From NCBI GenBank assembly GCA_942493035.1, contig OW818666.1:3936813-4000812 (forward strand): a DNA stretch of 64,000 nt, read 5' to 3'. Below are positions 19,905-29,947 of the stretch, one piece after another. A program made the translations under genes and the position numbers. Every line of letters starts with the position of its first letter. The stretch's first letter is position 1. Under the pieces are notes generated by a model. The model worked only from the letters and a program-made list of their open reading frames with translations. It made no database searches and was not told the DNA's origin. The stretch is from an uncultured Spirochaetota bacterium (lineage in GTDB: Bacteria; Spirochaetota; UBA4802; UBA5550).

Positions 19905-21509
19905 TTAAAGTTCGTCTATTATCATGGATAACATTTCTTTTGCATCGTTGATATCATCCTGAAGTCTTTTAATCGATTCAAGTCTGTTTTCAGATTTAGC
20001 TTTATTATACTTTTCTGTGAGTATTTTTAAAGAGTTAGTAAGAGCTTCAATCTGGCTGTCAACAGGTGAGAATCTTTCGGTCGTTTCAGATCCGTATGCT
20101 GCAAATTCTGAATGCATTGTTTCAAGATCAACAATCTCTCCCCATCTCGGTACATATGCAGTTAAACCAAACTCGCTGCTTACAAGTTTGCCGAAAAATT
20201 CCGCCGATTCCTCTTCGCCATGTACAACAAAAACCTTTGTTTTGGGATTCTTATTGGTACTGAGCCATTTTAGCAGTGCATCCTTATCCGCATGAGCAGA
20301 AAATCCCCCAAGTGTATGAATCTGAGCATTTACAGCAATATCCTCTCCATAAATCTTTACCTGTTTAGCTCCATCAATGATTCTTCTACCAAGTGTACCT
20401 TCAGCCTGATAACCTACAAAAACTACACTGGATTCTTTTTTGTATAAATTGTTCTGAAGATGGTATTGTATTCGTCCTGCGGTACACATTCCGCTGGCTG
20501 AGATGATTATAGCTCCCTTTGCTTCAGTAAGGAGTTTTGATTCTTCAGATGTTTTCGTAAATTTTAAATTCGGAAAATCAAGGGGATTATCTCCCGACAT
20601 AAGAATTTTAATCATCTCATCATCAAAGCACTGCTTGTTTTCTCTGAAAATTTCTGTAGCAGAAATCGCCAGGGGTGAATCGATAAAAACCGGGATGCGT
20701 GGAAGCTCTCCGCTTTTAAAAAGCCTGTTAAGAGTAAAAATTATCTCCTGAGTCCTCTCTATTGCAAAAGCTGGGATTATAATATTTCCTTTTTGATTTA
20801 TAGAACTCAAAAGGATGTTTTTAAATTCCTCGTATGTATCCTCTCTGTTTTTATGGAGTCTGTCACCATAAGTGGATTCAATAAGAATTATATCAGCATC
20901 TTCAAGCAGCTCAGGATCTCTGATTATTGACTGATCCCTGGTGCCTATATCTCCGGAAAAGACGACTTTTGTTTTTTTTCCTTTTTCATCAATCCACATT
21001 TCAATAAATGCAGAACCGAGGATATGTCCTGCATCACGGAACCGGACCTCAACTCTTGGATGTATCTGTACTATTTCGCCATAATTAACAGGAACGAAAT
21101 GGCTTAGTGAATTTTCAGCATCTTCAGGAGTATAGAGAGGTTCAACTTCAGGACGGCCGAGTTTCTTGTTCCGCTTGTTTATCCATTTTGTATCCATCTC
21201 CTGTATGTGGGCACTGTCCGGCAGCATTACCGAGCATAAATCAGCGGTGGCTTTTGTTGCATATATGTTCCCGAAAAACCCCTCCTTTACCAGCTTAGGG
21301 ATTAATCCGCTGTGATCTATGTGAGCATGAGTAAGAAGCATGCAGTCAATTTTTTGAGGAGCGTATATCAGATGAAGCTGATTCCTTTGAACAAGTTCCT
21401 GTTTTCCCTGAAACATTCCACAATCTATCATTATTGTAAAGTCATCATCTTTGATAATATATGAAGATCCAGTGACTGTTCTTGCACCACCAACGAATTC
21501 AATTTTCAT
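19905..21509 (-). CDS. MBL-fold beta-CASP ribonuclease (TTHA0252/RNase J-like)
   Basis: Metallo-beta-lactamase motif LLTHAHIDHSG; N-terminus MKIEFVGGARTVTGSSYII; C-terminal coiled-coil extension; ATG at 21509 with GAGGTG SD. Confidence 0.8.
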   Translation of the reverse strand: MKIEFVGGARTVTGSSYIIKDDDFTIMIDCGMFQGKQELVQRNQLHLIYAPQKIDCMLLTHAHIDHSGLIPKLVKEGFFGNIYATKATADLCSVMLPDSAHIQEMDTKWINKRNKKLGRPEVEPLYTPEDAENSLSHFVPVNYGEIVQIHPRVEVRFRDAGHILGSAFIEMWIDEKGKKTKVVFSGDIGTRDQSIIRDPELLEDADIILIESTYGDRLHKNREDTYEEFKNILLSSINQKGNIIIPAFAIERTQEIIFTLNRLFKSGELPRIPVFIDSPLAISATEIFRENKQCFDDEMIKILMSGDNPLDFPNLKFTKTSEESKLLTEAKGAIIISASGMCTAGRIQYHLQNNLYKKESSVVFVGYQAEGTLGRRIIDGAKQVKIYGEDIAVNAQIHTLGGFSAHADKDALLKWLSTNKNPKTKVFVVHGEEESAEFFGKLVSSEFGLTAYVPRWGEIVDLETMHSEFAAYGSETTERFSPVDSQIEALTNSLKILTEKYNKAKSENRLESIKRLQDDINDAKEMLSMIIDEL

Positions 21510-21824
21510 AAATAAACACCTCAAGTAAATTTTGTCTAATTTTGCATAGTTAATTCTAAGTTCAAATATAATTCTTTTTTGTTACTTCGGATAGCACAAA
21601 AAATGCATATATAAAAAAGAGATTTCTTTTTTAGAGCCAGAGGTTTCCGGTTTTCAATTATACTACAGTATTTTCAAAGGTCATTCTTCAGGTTTTGTTT
21701 TAATATTGAAAGAGTATGAACCTCTTCCCGGGAGAATCTGAGGGTAAAACGGCTAAATTCAATTATTAACTGTTATAGTAGAGAATAGATCTGATTTAGG
21801 TAAAATGAAATTGCTGTTTCAGAT

Positions 21825-21853
21825 AAAAAAACCGGTCATAATGACCGGTTTTA
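21825..21853 (-). terminator. Rho-independent terminator of the ABC transporter operon
   Basis: Palindrome ACCGGTCATAATGACCGGT flanked by A/T runs. Confidence 0.6.
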
Positions 21854-21876
21854 GAAATTTATTATATAAATTTATC

Positions 21877-22614
21877 TTAAGCTCTAAGCACATTTTTTAA
21901 AAAGCGCTGAGTTCTCTCTTTTTTCGGGTGATTGAATATTTCGTCCGGTGTTCCCATCTCTATAACTTCCGCACCATCCATGTAGACAACTTTGGTTGCT
22001 GCAGCTTTTGCAAAACCCATCTCATGAGAAACAACAACCATGGTCATCCCTTCACGGGCAAGATCGAGCATTACATCAAGGACCTCTTTTGTCATTTCGG
22101 GATCGAGTGCTGACGTAGGTTCATCAAAGAGCATTACTTTGGGATTCATCGCAAGTGCTCTTGCAATTGCCACACGCTGCTGCTGTCCGCCGGAGAGCTG
22201 TTCGGGGTAAGCTTTTTCCTTATCAGAAAGGCCGACTCTTTTCAGTAGAATTCGGGCATTCTCTTCAGCATCTTTCGGATTAACTTTTTTTACAATACGC
22301 GGCGCAAGTGTTATGTTTTCAATTACCGTCAGATGCGGGAATAGATTGAATGACTGAAAAACCATTCCGGTCTCTTCTCTTATCAGTCTGATATTTGCTT
22401 TTGGTCCAGTAACAAGATCCTCTTCTATCCATATGTCCCCGCTGGTAACATTTTCGAGTCTGTTGATACATCTGAGCAGAGTACTTTTGCCGCTCCCTGA
22501 AGATCCGATTATAAAGAAGACATCACCCTTTTTAACTTCAAGGCTTACATTTTTAAGGGCGATTACATCGTCAAAATTCTTTGATACGTTTATTACTTTA
22601 ACTCTGCTTGGCAT
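21877..22614 (-). CDS. Amino-acid ABC transporter ATP-binding protein
   Basis: Walker [10 protein letters not shown], signature [15 protein letters not shown], Walker [12 protein letters not shown]. Confidence 0.95.
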   Translation of the reverse strand: MPSRVKVINVSKNFDDVIALKNVSLEVKKGDVFFIIGSSGSGKSTLLRCINRLENVTSGDIWIEEDLVTGPKANIRLIREETGMVFQSFNLFPHLTVIENITLAPRIVKKVNPKDAEENARILLKRVGLSDKEKAYPEQLSGGQQQRVAIARALAMNPKVMLFDEPTSALDPEMTKEVLDVMLDLAREGMTMVVVSHEMGFAKAAATKVVYMDGAEVIEMGTPDEIFNHPKKERTQRFLKNVLRA

Positions 22615-23428
22615 CTGTTTTCATCCTCTCTTCCATTATTGCAACAAGTCTTGAAAAGAACAGCGTCAGAATTAAATAAATTATTGCAATCATCGTGTAG
22701 GTTTCAAAATAATCGAAAGATATTGAAGCAAATTCCCGTCCTCTTCTTAACAGATCAGATACGGCAAGGATTGAAACCAGCGATGAATCTTTCAGCAGTG
22801 CTATAAATTCATTTCCTATCGGTGGTAAAACTACTTTCAATGTCTGAGGAAGTATGATTCTGAAAATTGCCTGTCCTCTTGTAAAACCGAGTGCAAGTGC
22901 TGCTTCCATCTGTCCTTTAGGAATGGATTGTATCCCCGCTCTGAAAATTTCACTGATATATGCACCATAGCATATTGCAATTGCGATAACGGCTGAAGAG
23001 ATATCTGAAATTCGTACAAATTTTGCAAGAGCATAGTATATATAGAATAACTGAACAAGGAGTGGTATTCCCCTTATTACTTCAACATATACTGTACTTA
23101 TTCTGTTAATGAAAGCGTGTCTTGAAATCCTTCCAAGTCCGATAATCAGTCCAACCAGTAGTGCAAAGACTATCGATAGTACTGTAACCTCGAAAGTCAT
23201 AATCAATCCGCTTGATTTATAATCAAAATGCCAGTTCTGATCGAAACCGACAACGAATTTAAATAGCTGCCGGTAAGGTTCCGGAGCAACAACAAGGAGC
23301 AATACCAGTGTGGCTATTGCTCCGTAAAATGCGATTCTCCAGGCGGAAAAGAGGGAGGAGTCATCCCTTCCCGGGATGAGTACTCCATCTGTAACATTTA
23401 TTTTGGTTTTTGTATTTATCTTAGCCAC
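22598..23428 (-). CDS. Amino-acid ABC transporter permease
   Basis: 276 aa multi-TM protein with permease EAA-like loop; apparent GTG start overlapping the binding-protein gene. Confidence 0.85.
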   Translation of the reverse strand: MAKINTKTKINVTDGVLIPGRDDSSLFSAWRIAFYGAIATLVLLLVVAPEPYRQLFKFVVGFDQNWHFDYKSSGLIMTFEVTVLSIVFALLVGLIIGLGRISRHAFINRISTVYVEVIRGIPLLVQLFYIYYALAKFVRISDISSAVIAIAICYGAYISEIFRAGIQSIPKGQMEAALALGFTRGQAIFRIILPQTLKVVLPPIGNEFIALLKDSSLVSILAVSDLLRRGREFASISFDYFETYTMIAIIYLILTLFFSRLVAIMEERMKTDAKQS

Positions 23429-24174
23429 TTTTTCTCTAACTCTTTATCAATCCCTTTTTCTTTAACCTTCTTAAGCCCGTTGTTGATTAAGTCAAGGATT
23501 TCTTTATTACCTTTTGTTACAGCAACACCATACTCCTCTGTAGTAAAAGGCTGACCAACGATTTTTAGTATAGTCTTGTATTTAGGATTCTGAAGAGCAA
23601 AGTCTGCAGCGATCGGTGAATCACATACGATCGCATCTATTCTTCCTTTAGCGAGATCTTCCATTGCAAGACCGAGTTCATCATACTCTTTTGCAGTAAT
23701 TTTAGGATTCTTTTTAATTTCAATTGCTCCGGTAGTTCCAATCTGAGCACCGACTTTTTTCCCTTCAAACTGAGCAAGAGTCTCAAGACCGCTAAGTTCT
23801 TTCTTAACAACAATAATCTGTCCTGCATTTACATAAGGTACTGAAAAATCCATTGTGTTCTGTCTTTCAGCAGTGATGGTAACAGAAGAAACAACTGCAT
23901 CGTATTTACCAGCTGCAAGTCCTGCAAAAATTCCATCCCATGCCTGATTCTTAAATTCTACTTCAAATCCGCCCTCTTTTGCAGCAGCGTTCAGCATATC
24001 GATGTCAAAACCTACGATATTTTTATTGGCATCAATATATTCCATTGGAGGCCATGTTGCATCAGTAGCGATAACAATTTTTTTACCTTTTGCGCCATCT
24101 TTTCCGCAAGCTGAAAAGATGCAAAGCACTGATATTGCAGCAATCATTGATAGAATAATACCTTTTTTAATCAT
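23416..24174 (-). CDS. Amino-acid ABC transporter substrate-binding lipoprotein
   Basis: 252 aa; lipobox FSAC after signal peptide; periplasmic binding protein family 3 features. Confidence 0.85.
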   Translation of the reverse strand: MIKKGIILSMIAAISVLCIFSACGKDGAKGKKIVIATDATWPPMEYIDANKNIVGFDIDMLNAAAKEGGFEVEFKNQAWDGIFAGLAAGKYDAVVSSVTITAERQNTMDFSVPYVNAGQIIVVKKELSGLETLAQFEGKKVGAQIGTTGAIEIKKNPKITAKEYDELGLAMEDLAKGRIDAIVCDSPIAADFALQNPKYKTILKIVGQPFTTEEYGVAVTKGNKEILDLINNGLKKVKEKGIDKELEKKWLR

Positions 24175-24577
24175 TTTGATCTCCTGTTATTTTTTTACTG
24201 CCCTCTGCTGAAGTATTCTGGTGAGAATTGGGATAGAAACAGAGAACTTATCTTATTAGTTCATTTCATGTATTAAAAAAATCAAGAAAAATTTGTTACG
24301 CAATTATTTCATTCAAATGAAATTTTTTTTCTAAGTGGAAATGGCACGATACCCGAATATATAAATAAGGAGAAATATGCAAAAAAAGATATATGAGGCT
24401 AGATGAGTATTATATTTTGTAATAAACGGATATTAAAGGCTATAATCGGCTATAAATAGCCTTAAACGGGCTTAATAAAAAGGTACCTTCACCCGAATCT
24501 ATAAATGTCAGGAGAACCAAACTGACGCACCAGGCAAGGATGCCGGGTTTACAACAAACGATTCATGGAGGAATCAA

Positions 24578-25423
24578 ATGATTATTAACCACAATATGTC
24601 CGCTATTAATGCAAACAGAGCCCTAAAATTTCAGAACTGGAACGTAAGCAAGAATATGGAAGCTCTCTCTTCCGGTTTGAGAATTAACAAAGCTGGCGAT
24701 GATGCATCAGGTCTTGCAGTATCAGAAAAAATGAGAACTCAGATTAACGGTTTAAGACAGGCTGAAAGAAATACTGAAGATGGTATGTCTTTTATCCAGA
24801 CAACTGAAGGATATCTTGATGAAGTATCAAGCATTATCCAGAGAGTCAGGGTTCTTGCTGTACAATCTTCAAACGGAATCTATTCTGTAGAAGACAGACA
24901 GCTTATCCAGGTTGAAGTTTCTCAGCTGGTTGATGAAGTAGATAGAATTGCATCACAGGCGGAGTTTAACAAAATGAATCTTCTTCAGGGAGATTTTGCA
25001 AGAGTAAGTGTTACAGCATCTATGTGGATACACATGGGAGCAAACATGCATCAGAGAGAAAGAATATTCATTCAGACAATGACTGCTAAAGCTCTTGGTC
25101 TGAAAAATATGACAGGTAACCCTATCACTCTTTCAACTGCTGGTGAAGCGAACAGAAACATCGGGGTTATGGACAATGCTCTTCATGTACTTTCAAAGCA
25201 GAGAGCGGATTTAGGAGCATACTACAACAGGATGGAACATGCTGCTAAAGGCTTAATGACAGCGTATGAAAACATTCAATCATCTGAAAGCCGTATTAGA
25301 GACGCAGATATGGCAGAGACTATGGTTGATTTTACTAAGAATCAGATTCTTGTGCAGAGTGGTACTGCGATGCTTGCTCAGGCGAATTCAAAGTCTCAGG
25401 GAATTCTCCAGTTACTTAGATAA
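24578..25423 (+). CDS. flaB: Flagellar filament core protein FlaB (spirochete flagellin)
   Basis: 281 aa; N-terminus [18 protein letters not shown], conserved flagellin N- and C-terminal domains. Confidence 0.95.
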   Translation: MIINHNMSAINANRALKFQNWNVSKNMEALSSGLRINKAGDDASGLAVSEKMRTQINGLRQAERNTEDGMSFIQTTEGYLDEVSSIIQRVRVLAVQSSNGIYSVEDRQLIQVEVSQLVDEVDRIASQAEFNKMNLLQGDFARVSVTASMWIHMGANMHQRERIFIQTMTAKALGLKNMTGNPITLSTAGEANRNIGVMDNALHVLSKQRADLGAYYNRMEHAAKGLMTAYENIQSSESRIRDADMAETMVDFTKNQILVQSGTAMLAQANSKSQGILQLLR

Positions 25424-25449
25424 ACAAGGTTTATTATCATTTATTCTTA

Positions 25450-25660
25450 CCCCGGCGGGCTTGGGAGAGCCGGCCGGGTTTCCCTTTTGGGAGAAAAATA
25501 GAGTTCTTTGAAAACGATATTATAGCGAGCATGAGGCCCCGCAGGGGCATAACGGAGGGGCGAAGTAAGGGCGAAAAATCTTTCGCCCTTACTTCGCCCA
25601 TACTTCTTCGCCAACACAACCCGCCCACAGGCGAGGCCGCATGGTCGCTGTAATGAAGGC
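25450..25660 (+). other. GC-rich structured intergenic element between the flaB genes, with a 19-bp perfect hairpin (25558-25599)
   Basis: GGGCGAAGTAAGGGCGAAA-AATC-TTTCGCCCTTACTTCGCCC plus smaller stems; GC content far above the local background. Confidence 0.4.
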
Positions 25661-25780
25661 GTCTGTATTCCCTATAGTAAGAGTACAAACCTGGTATCAA
25701 ATGCCTGATAAGGATGTCAGGCAGTTTCGAGTCCTGTAGGAGGGACTTTAAACATCTAATTAAACAAAGGAGTGTTTAAT

Positions 25781-26632
25781 ATGATTATCAATCATAACAT
25801 GAGTGCAATCAATGCTAATAAAGCGTTGAAGTTCAAGCAGTGGGATACAAACAAGTCAATGGAATCTCTTTCCTCTGGTCTCCGGATCAATAAGGCTGGA
25901 GATGATGCTTCAGGACTTGCTGTGTCTGAAAAGATGAGAACACAGATTCAGGGTTTAAGACAGGCTGAGAGAAATACTGAGGATGGTATGTCTTTCGTTC
26001 AGACTACTGAAGGGTATCTGAACCAGACTACTGAAATACTTCAAAGGATTAGAGTTCTTGCCGTACAATCTTCAAACGGTATCTATTCTGATCAGGATAG
26101 ACAGCTTATCCAGGTTGAAGTTTCAGCTCTTGTTGACGAAGTTGACAGGATAGCATCACAGGCTGAGTTTAATAAATTTAAACTTCTGCTGGGGGATTTC
26201 TCAAAAACCGGTGCGAAAGCCAGTATGTGGTTTCATATGGGTGCAAATATGAATCAGCGGGAGAGGGTTTATATTGGTACTATGACTGCGAACGGTTTAG
26301 GTCTTAAAGAAAAAAATGGCGCCTTTATCGCTGATCTGGCATCTGCTGACAGCGCAAACAGAACTATTGGTGTGGTCGACGATGCTCTTCACAAAATTTC
26401 TAAGCAGCGGGCGGACCTTGGCGCATATTTTAACAGACTCGACTATGCTACAAGAGGTCTAATGACTGCCTATGAAAATATACAAGCATCCGAAAGCCGG
26501 ATAAGAGACGCTGATATGGCTGAAACAATGGTTGATTTAACAAAAGATCAAGTTCTAGTGCAGAGTGGTACTGCGATGTTAGCTCAGGCAAATATGAAAA
26601 CAAGAACCATTCTTCAGCTTCTTGGCGGTTGA
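25781..26632 (+). CDS. flaB: Flagellar filament core protein FlaB, second paralog
   Basis: About 283 aa from ATG 25781 (AAAGGAG SD; track start is GTG); N-terminus [18 protein letters not shown]. Confidence 0.95.
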   Translation: MIINHNMSAINANKALKFKQWDTNKSMESLSSGLRINKAGDDASGLAVSEKMRTQIQGLRQAERNTEDGMSFVQTTEGYLNQTTEILQRIRVLAVQSSNGIYSDQDRQLIQVEVSALVDEVDRIASQAEFNKFKLLLGDFSKTGAKASMWFHMGANMNQRERVYIGTMTANGLGLKEKNGAFIADLASADSANRTIGVVDDALHKISKQRADLGAYFNRLDYATRGLMTAYENIQASESRIRDADMAETMVDLTKDQVLVQSGTAMLAQANMKTRTILQLLGG

Positions 26633-26667
26633 TTTAAAAACAGACGACTATTTTCAAATAGGGAATA

Positions 26668-26702
26668 CAAAAAATCCCGCCTAATGGCGGGATTTTTTTT
26701 TA
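26668..26702. terminator. Rho-independent terminator, bidirectional
   Basis: AAAAAATCCCGCCTAATGGCGGGATTTTTTTT between convergent flaB and the OMP gene. Confidence 0.7.
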
Positions 26703-26716
26703 ATATAATGCTATTA

Positions 26717-27316
26717 TTAGAAATTAGATGTTTCAAGAGGGAAACTTATACCGATTCTTCCGACCGGACCGGACATATCAATTTCTACATTTTCAGAATT
26801 TTCAACTGGTGCTCCTCTGTATCCGCCTTCAACAATTAATGAAAGTCTGGAATCTGCTCCTAGTTTGATCTCTGCTCCAACCATTGCCTGCCAGGTTAAA
26901 CCATCAAATCTGTCTTTGAAATCAGGATGACGGTACCATGTCCATGAATAACCAACTCCGCCTGTAACATAAGGCATAAATCCATAATCTTCCATCATAT
27001 CTGCAAGTCTTATTGTGGCTACGCCAAGAAGAGGGAGAGTATATAGATTTGTTTTGTCAACTTCAACTCCGCTGACTTTTGCAACTGCGATATCAGAGGT
27101 TTCGTCTTTCCACTGAATCCAGCCAAAACCTGTTTCAGCACCTACTGTAAAATATTTATCAACTCCAATATTCAACGTTAAAGCTGAATCAAATCCGGCT
27201 TTTTCAGTCGCATCAGGATACTGAACTCCGCCTTTGATATTAAGAGTTGAGTTTTCAGCAAATACTGCCACTGAAAAAATAAGTATAGCCAGTGTTGCTA
27301 ATATTTTTCTTTTCAT
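26717..27316 (-). CDS. Outer-membrane beta-barrel protein (OmpW/porin-like)
   Basis: Signal peptide MKRKILATLAILIFSVAVFA, alternating amphipathic strands, C-terminal F; ATG 27316 with AAGGAG SD (track start is TTG). Confidence 0.55.
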   Translation of the reverse strand: MKRKILATLAILIFSVAVFAENSTLNIKGGVQYPDATEKAGFDSALTLNIGVDKYFTVGAETGFGWIQWKDETSDIAVAKVSGVEVDKTNLYTLPLLGVATIRLADMMEDYGFMPYVTGGVGYSWTWYRHPDFKDRFDGLTWQAMVGAEIKLGADSRLSLIVEGGYRGAPVENSENVEIDMSGPVGRIGISFPLETSNF

Positions 27317-27460
27317 CTGCAAGCTCCTTTTATTATTATTTTATTAAACTATAAAAACTCTTAAAAAAAGTCAAGTATATTCAAAATTATATCCATTGTA
27401 TAATATTATTACATTATTGTATTAAAGCGGACAATTCAATTATTATAATTGAAGTCATAA

Positions 27461-27560
27461 TATATAGTAACTACTCATAAATTGCAGGTAATTATGATTT
27501 TCCCCGCGACTACGGCGCGGGGAAACAGATTTCACCACCGGTTTATGAACAGTTACTATA
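27461..27560. repeat. ~100-bp palindromic element with central GC hairpin (family B-like)
   Basis: Arms ATATATAGTAACTACTCATAAA / TTTATGAACAGTTACTATATAT flank the hairpin CCCCGCG-ACTAC-GGCGCGGGG. Confidence 0.4.
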
Positions 27561-27732
27561 TATAATAATTGCAAAAAATGAATAATGTTGACAAAAGTAT
27601 GGTTGGAATATGGAAAAGTATTTATAATTATAATAATGGGTTTGAAACTGTTTTTTACAGAAATAGTATTAGAAATTTTTTTAAAATATATAACAGGCAA
27701 ATGCCTTTTAAACAGAATGAGTGAGGTGCAAT

Positions 27733-28260
27733 ATGGCAGCAGTCGGAGTGATTCTCGGCAGTGATTCGGATCTCCCCAAGGTAAGGGATTGTTTTGAAAT
27801 TCTTGATCAGTTTGCTATTGATTATGAAGTAATAGTTTCATCAGCACACAGGTCTCCGGAAAAGACTGTAGAATGGGTTCAGAGCGCATCTGACAGAGGT
27901 TTGAAAGTAATCATTGCTGTTGCCGGTGGTGCAGCACATCTCCCCGGTGTTGTTGCAGCTCAAACTGTTCTGCCGGTGCTTGGTGTGCCGGTTGAGACAA
28001 AAATTGCAGGGGGGCTTGATTCAATACTCTCCATACTGCAGATGCCTGCTGGAATACCGGTTGCTACTATGCCTACGGGTAAATCGGGCGGAGCTAATGC
28101 GGCTCTTTTTGCTATCAGTATACTGGCAGTGGGTGATAATAGTATAACTGAAAAACTTATAAGCTACAGGAAAAAGATGGAGACAAAAATTACCGAGAAG
28201 AACAATAGTATCAAAGAGATGGGTTTGATGAAATACATAGATAAATTAGAGGGAAAATAA
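27733..28260 (+). CDS. purE: N5-carboxyaminoimidazole ribonucleotide mutase PurE
   Basis: GVILGSDSDLP, AGGAAHLPGV motifs; ATG 27733 (track start is GTG). Confidence 0.9.
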   Translation: MAAVGVILGSDSDLPKVRDCFEILDQFAIDYEVIVSSAHRSPEKTVEWVQSASDRGLKVIIAVAGGAAHLPGVVAAQTVLPVLGVPVETKIAGGLDSILSILQMPAGIPVATMPTGKSGGANAALFAISILAVGDNSITEKLISYRKKMETKITEKNNSIKEMGLMKYIDKLEGK

Positions 28261-29825
28261 TGATAAAACATAACGCGGAAATTCCGAAAGAACGGGTTCT
28301 GATTTTAGATTTTGGTTCACAATATACTCAGCTCATTGCACGTAAGATCCGGGAGCTAAAAGTCTACGCTGAGATAGTCCCATTCCATACATCCATGGAT
28401 GAGATAATGAGAGAGAAACCATCTGCTATAATTCTTTCAGGCGGGCCGTCATCTATTGATGAAAAGGGTGCTCCCCAAGTCTCTGATGAGATATTTAAAC
28501 TTGGGGTACCTGTTCTTGGAATCTGCTATGGACTTTATCTTGTTGTTCATGCTTTCAAAGGGAAGAGTGCAGGTGCAAGCTCCAGAGAGTATGGACGTGC
28601 TTTTATCACACAGAAGGAAAAGTCTGATCTGTTTAAAGGTTTTAAAGCAAAAGAGCAGGTCTGGATGAGTCATGGTGATAAAGTTGTTAAGATGCCTGAA
28701 GGTTTTAAAGTTACAGCTTCATCGGAAAATGCAGAGATTGCAGCTATTGAGAATAAAGAAAAAAGAGTATATGGTGTACAGTTTCATCCGGAAGTTTACC
28801 ACACAACAAACGGAACAAAGTTTTTGAGCAACTTTGTATTTGGAATTTGTAAGCTTAAGCCTACATGGACGATGGATTCCTTTATCGAATCTTCAATTGC
28901 TACAATTAGAAAAGATGTCGGAGACGGAACAGTTCTTCTTGGACTTTCAGGGGGAGTTGACTCTTCTGTTACCGCTGAACTATTACATAAAGCGATTGGT
29001 GACAGACTATACTGTGTGTTTGTTAATAATGGTGTACTTCGAAAGGATGAGGCTAAGAAGGTTGTAGACCGGTATCAGAAAAATATGAAGTTAAATCTTA
29101 TATATGTTGATGCATCTGCTAGATTCCTGGGTAAACTTAAAGGTGTTGGGGATCCTGAGAAGAAGAGAAAGATTATCGGTAAAGAGTTTGTTGCTGTATT
29201 TATGGAAGAGGCTAAGAAGATTGGGAAATTTGATTTTCTTGCACAGGGCACACTTTATCCCGATGTAATTGAGTCTGTTTCTACTAAAGGTCCATCTGAT
29301 ACTATAAAGAGTCATCACAACAGAGTTCCTGAAATTCTGAAACTGATTAAGTCAGGGAAGGTTGTTGAACCTCTGAAAGAATTATTCAAGGATGAGGTAA
29401 GGGAACTTGGCGTTAAGCTTGGTATGGCAGAAGAGCTTATTCACAGACATCCATTTCCAGGCCCGGGACTTGCAATTCGTATTGTGGGGGATGTTACTCC
29501 TGAAAGAATTGCGACACTGCAGCATGCAGATGAGATATTGATTAACGAAATTAGAGATGCGGGATTATATAATAAACTCTGGCAGATATTTGCAGTTTTT
29601 CTTCCTGTAAAATCTGTGGGGGTTATGGGGGATAAGAGGACATACGAGAATGTTATTGCTATACGCGGAGTTACCTCTGTTGACGCAATGACCGCGGATT
29701 GGGCTTATCTTCCGGAAGATCTTCTAAGACGAGTATCAAATAGAATTATAAATGAGGTCAAGGGGATTAACCGGGTTGTTTACGATATCTCTTCGAAGCC
29801 GCCATCCACGATTGAGTGGGAGTAG
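28260..29825 (+). CDS. guaA: GMP synthase (glutamine-hydrolysing)
   Basis: 521 aa; GATase1 domain (GICYG), ATP-pyrophosphatase SGGVDSSV, C-terminal dimerisation domain; start overlaps the purE stop (TAATG). Confidence 0.95.
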   Translation: MIKHNAEIPKERVLILDFGSQYTQLIARKIRELKVYAEIVPFHTSMDEIMREKPSAIILSGGPSSIDEKGAPQVSDEIFKLGVPVLGICYGLYLVVHAFKGKSAGASSREYGRAFITQKEKSDLFKGFKAKEQVWMSHGDKVVKMPEGFKVTASSENAEIAAIENKEKRVYGVQFHPEVYHTTNGTKFLSNFVFGICKLKPTWTMDSFIESSIATIRKDVGDGTVLLGLSGGVDSSVTAELLHKAIGDRLYCVFVNNGVLRKDEAKKVVDRYQKNMKLNLIYVDASARFLGKLKGVGDPEKKRKIIGKEFVAVFMEEAKKIGKFDFLAQGTLYPDVIESVSTKGPSDTIKSHHNRVPEILKLIKSGKVVEPLKELFKDEVRELGVKLGMAEELIHRHPFPGPGLAIRIVGDVTPERIATLQHADEILINEIRDAGLYNKLWQIFAVFLPVKSVGVMGDKRTYENVIAIRGVTSVDAMTADWAYLPEDLLRRVSNRIINEVKGINRVVYDISSKPPSTIEWE

Positions 29826-29899
29826 AATTTTTAAATATTGCAGGGACGAATTTTTGAGGTTATGTCGGGATGTTGTGAAAATATCAGGTGAAATTATAT

Positions 29900-29935
29900 A
29901 GTAGAGACGTAGCATGCTACGTCTCTACATTTTTA
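29900..29935. terminator. Rho-independent terminator, bidirectional
   Basis: GTAGAGACGTAGCATGCTACGTCTCTAC followed by ATTTTT, between convergent guaA and alaS. Confidence 0.7.
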
Positions 29936-29947
29936 GAATGTTTTGAA

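Noticed and set aside
24197-24215. 15-nt exact repeat CTCTGCTGAAGTATT (also at 32733-32755)
   Set aside because: Short enough to occur by chance in 64 kb; no extended flanking similarity.
25437-25700. 87-aa minus-strand ORF in the flaB intergenic region
   Set aside because: It spans the GC-rich hairpin element, its translation looks like junk (R/S/P-rich) and it has no SD. More likely structured DNA or RNA than coding.
25700-25750. tRNA-like T-loop sequence GTTTCGAGTCC
   Set aside because: No acceptor, D or anticodon arms can be folded around it, and the motif carries an extra T relative to GTTCGA.
27541-27732. Purine riboswitch upstream of purE-guaA
   Set aside because: No match to the conserved purine aptamer junction sequences; only a palindromic repeat element and an AT-rich leader.
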